NCBI GenBank assembly: GCA_041660305.1
Contig: JBAZWO010000002.1
Coordinates: 68,739 to 132,738, forward strand
Reading direction: 5' to 3'
Source: Patescibacteria group bacterium
GTDB lineage: Bacteria; Patescibacteriota; Patescibacteriia; UBA9570
DNA length: 64,000 bases
Part shown: piece by piece, positions 62,854 to 64,000 of the stretch
Layout of the letters: each line of letters opens with the position of its first letter
Numbering within the stretch: position 1 is the stretch's first letter
Position numbers and translations under genes: made by a program
The notes under the pieces: generated by a model
Seen by the model: only the letters and a program-made list of their open reading frames with translations
What the model was told of the DNA's origin: nothing
Database searches by the model: none

Positions 62854-63597
62854 TTAATTTATCGAGCGCCAAATAATCTCGAATAATTCTTGTTGCATTT
62901 TTATCACACTTTTATTTTCAATCACAATAGCCATAATAGGCGGTATCAGCTGATGAATGATTAGTCGATTAGGAATTAATACGAGATCGATTTCTAAAGC
63001 CGTGCCGGCCGGCAGTATTTTTACCTGCTCATTAAAGTTTTTTTCTAGACGTTTATGTTCGCGTGCGATAGGGGAATCTTGAAATAATAATCGAGTGTTA
63101 ATGTTTAATTTCGCTCGCTTTTTAATGTAATTCATGAAAAATTTTTCATCCAACTGCAGCCATTGCTCTTGATTGGTAATCACCAAATAATCTTCATGCG
63201 GTTTGATTTGTTTTAGCGAATCTTCGTATAGCGCTTTTACAGCCGTTAAACCTTCGTAATATTTTACGAAATTGTTATTACTTTCTAAATTGTATATTGC
63301 CAAAAAATCCGGCAAGTGTTTTTTAAAGTTATCTTGGCGTTGTTCAAGAATGTGTTCCAATTGTTCCGGATTAGCCGCTGTATAGAGTTTTTTTAAGCCC
63401 TGCATTTTAATATGCATTAATCCTTTTTGTTTTAAAGCTTCAACTATGGCATATACCGTACTGCGTTTCATACTCGCATTGCGCGCTAAGTTTAAGATAG
63501 TGCTAGAACCCAATGATAAAGCAGAACAATACACCTTGGCCTCGTTTTCCGATAGGCCAATATTTTGCAATATTTTAATTAATTCAGCATGGTTCAT
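62854..63597 (-). CDS. TrmB-family HTH transcriptional regulator
   Basis: LQNIGLSENEAKVYCSALSLGSSTILNLARNASMKRSTVYAIVEALKQKGLM is a TrmB-type wHTH. Paralog of 44961..45737, convergent with the array. Confidence 0.75.
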   Translation of the reverse strand: MNHAELIKILQNIGLSENEAKVYCSALSLGSSTILNLARNASMKRSTVYAIVEALKQKGLMHIKMQGLKKLYTAANPEQLEHILEQRQDNFKKHLPDFLAIYNLESNNNFVKYYEGLTAVKALYEDSLKQIKPHEDYLVITNQEQWLQLDEKFFMNYIKKRAKLNINTRLLFQDSPIAREHKRLEKNFNEQVKILPAGTALEIDLVLIPNRLIIHQLIPPIMAIVIENKSVIKMQQELFEIIWRSIN

Positions 63598-63802
63598 AAT
63601 TTTAATGCTAGTTGATGTATAAAAAACGCCGTAAAAACCGACAACATATTACAATTTAATTATACAGTAAATAAGCCATATAATCAATAGCATCATGTTT
63701 AATGTCGACAAAAATGACAATATCAAGTATTTGCTCTATTATGTGAATGTTTTAAATAGCTGTATACTAAATAATAAATAATTAATTTAGGAGGAAAAAA
63801 TT

Positions 63803-64000
63803 ATGTCAACACCATTAACAAAAATAGTAGAAATATTTGATACTCTTACGCCAGAACAGCAAAATACACTGTTAAATATTTCAGAAACTATAGAGGGTAT
63901 AGATGGTGCTGGTAGAATGATAAGAAAAAGAGATGTAGGTAATATATTAACACAAGCTACTGGTGGAACTCCAGAAGAAGGAGATGTGCGGCCGGCAATT
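63803..64000 (+). CDS. Hypothetical protein, 5' fragment (runs off the window end)
   Basis: AGGAGG lies 7 nt upstream of the ATG at 63803. The frame MSTPLTKIVEIFDTLTPEQQNTLLNISETIEGIDGAGRMI... stays open to base 64000. Confidence 0.45.
   Translation, partial: MSTPLTKIVEIFDTLTPEQQNTLLNISETIEGIDGAGRMIRKRDVGNILTQATGGTPEEGDVRPAI

Overview
The window looks like a low-GC, gene-dense bacterial chromosome with standard stop codon usage (TGA ends argS and ahcY). Its gene content suggests a small-genome, Patescibacteria/CPR-like organism, but that is inference only. Bases 1-39,500 are mostly housekeeping genes: rplT-rpmI-infC, smpB plus an adjacent tmRNA, argS, purL/purQ/purN-like, glmS, a two-ORF ComEC, metK-kinase-ahcY, fba, hpf, secA and secD/secF. 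This part also carries secreted FG-GAP fusion proteins, a VapBC-like pair, a Fic gene in a small repeat-bounded insert after secA, and a VirD4/TraD-like ATPase with a membrane partner. Bases 39,600-63,600 are an accessory region dominated by 11 same-strand paralogs (531-560 aa) of a cysteine-rich, CxxC-dense protein family that I cannot assign to any named family. One copy lies at 39732. The other ten run head to tail from 45802 to 62849. The copies have near-invariant N- and C-terminal blocks and divergent cores, and neighbouring copies share blocks of identical nucleotides. TrmB-like regulators bracket the tandem array, and a 13-nt motif (ATTTGACCACGTT) inside a TTGACC-N17-TATGCT box occurs at three sites. 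A second pervasive feature is a modular family of G/C-run nested palindromes, with at least 18 copies sitting in intergenic gaps. I saw no rRNA, tRNA, CRISPR array, transposase or integrase. All functional calls come from reading motifs by eye in the ORF translations; no searches were run.
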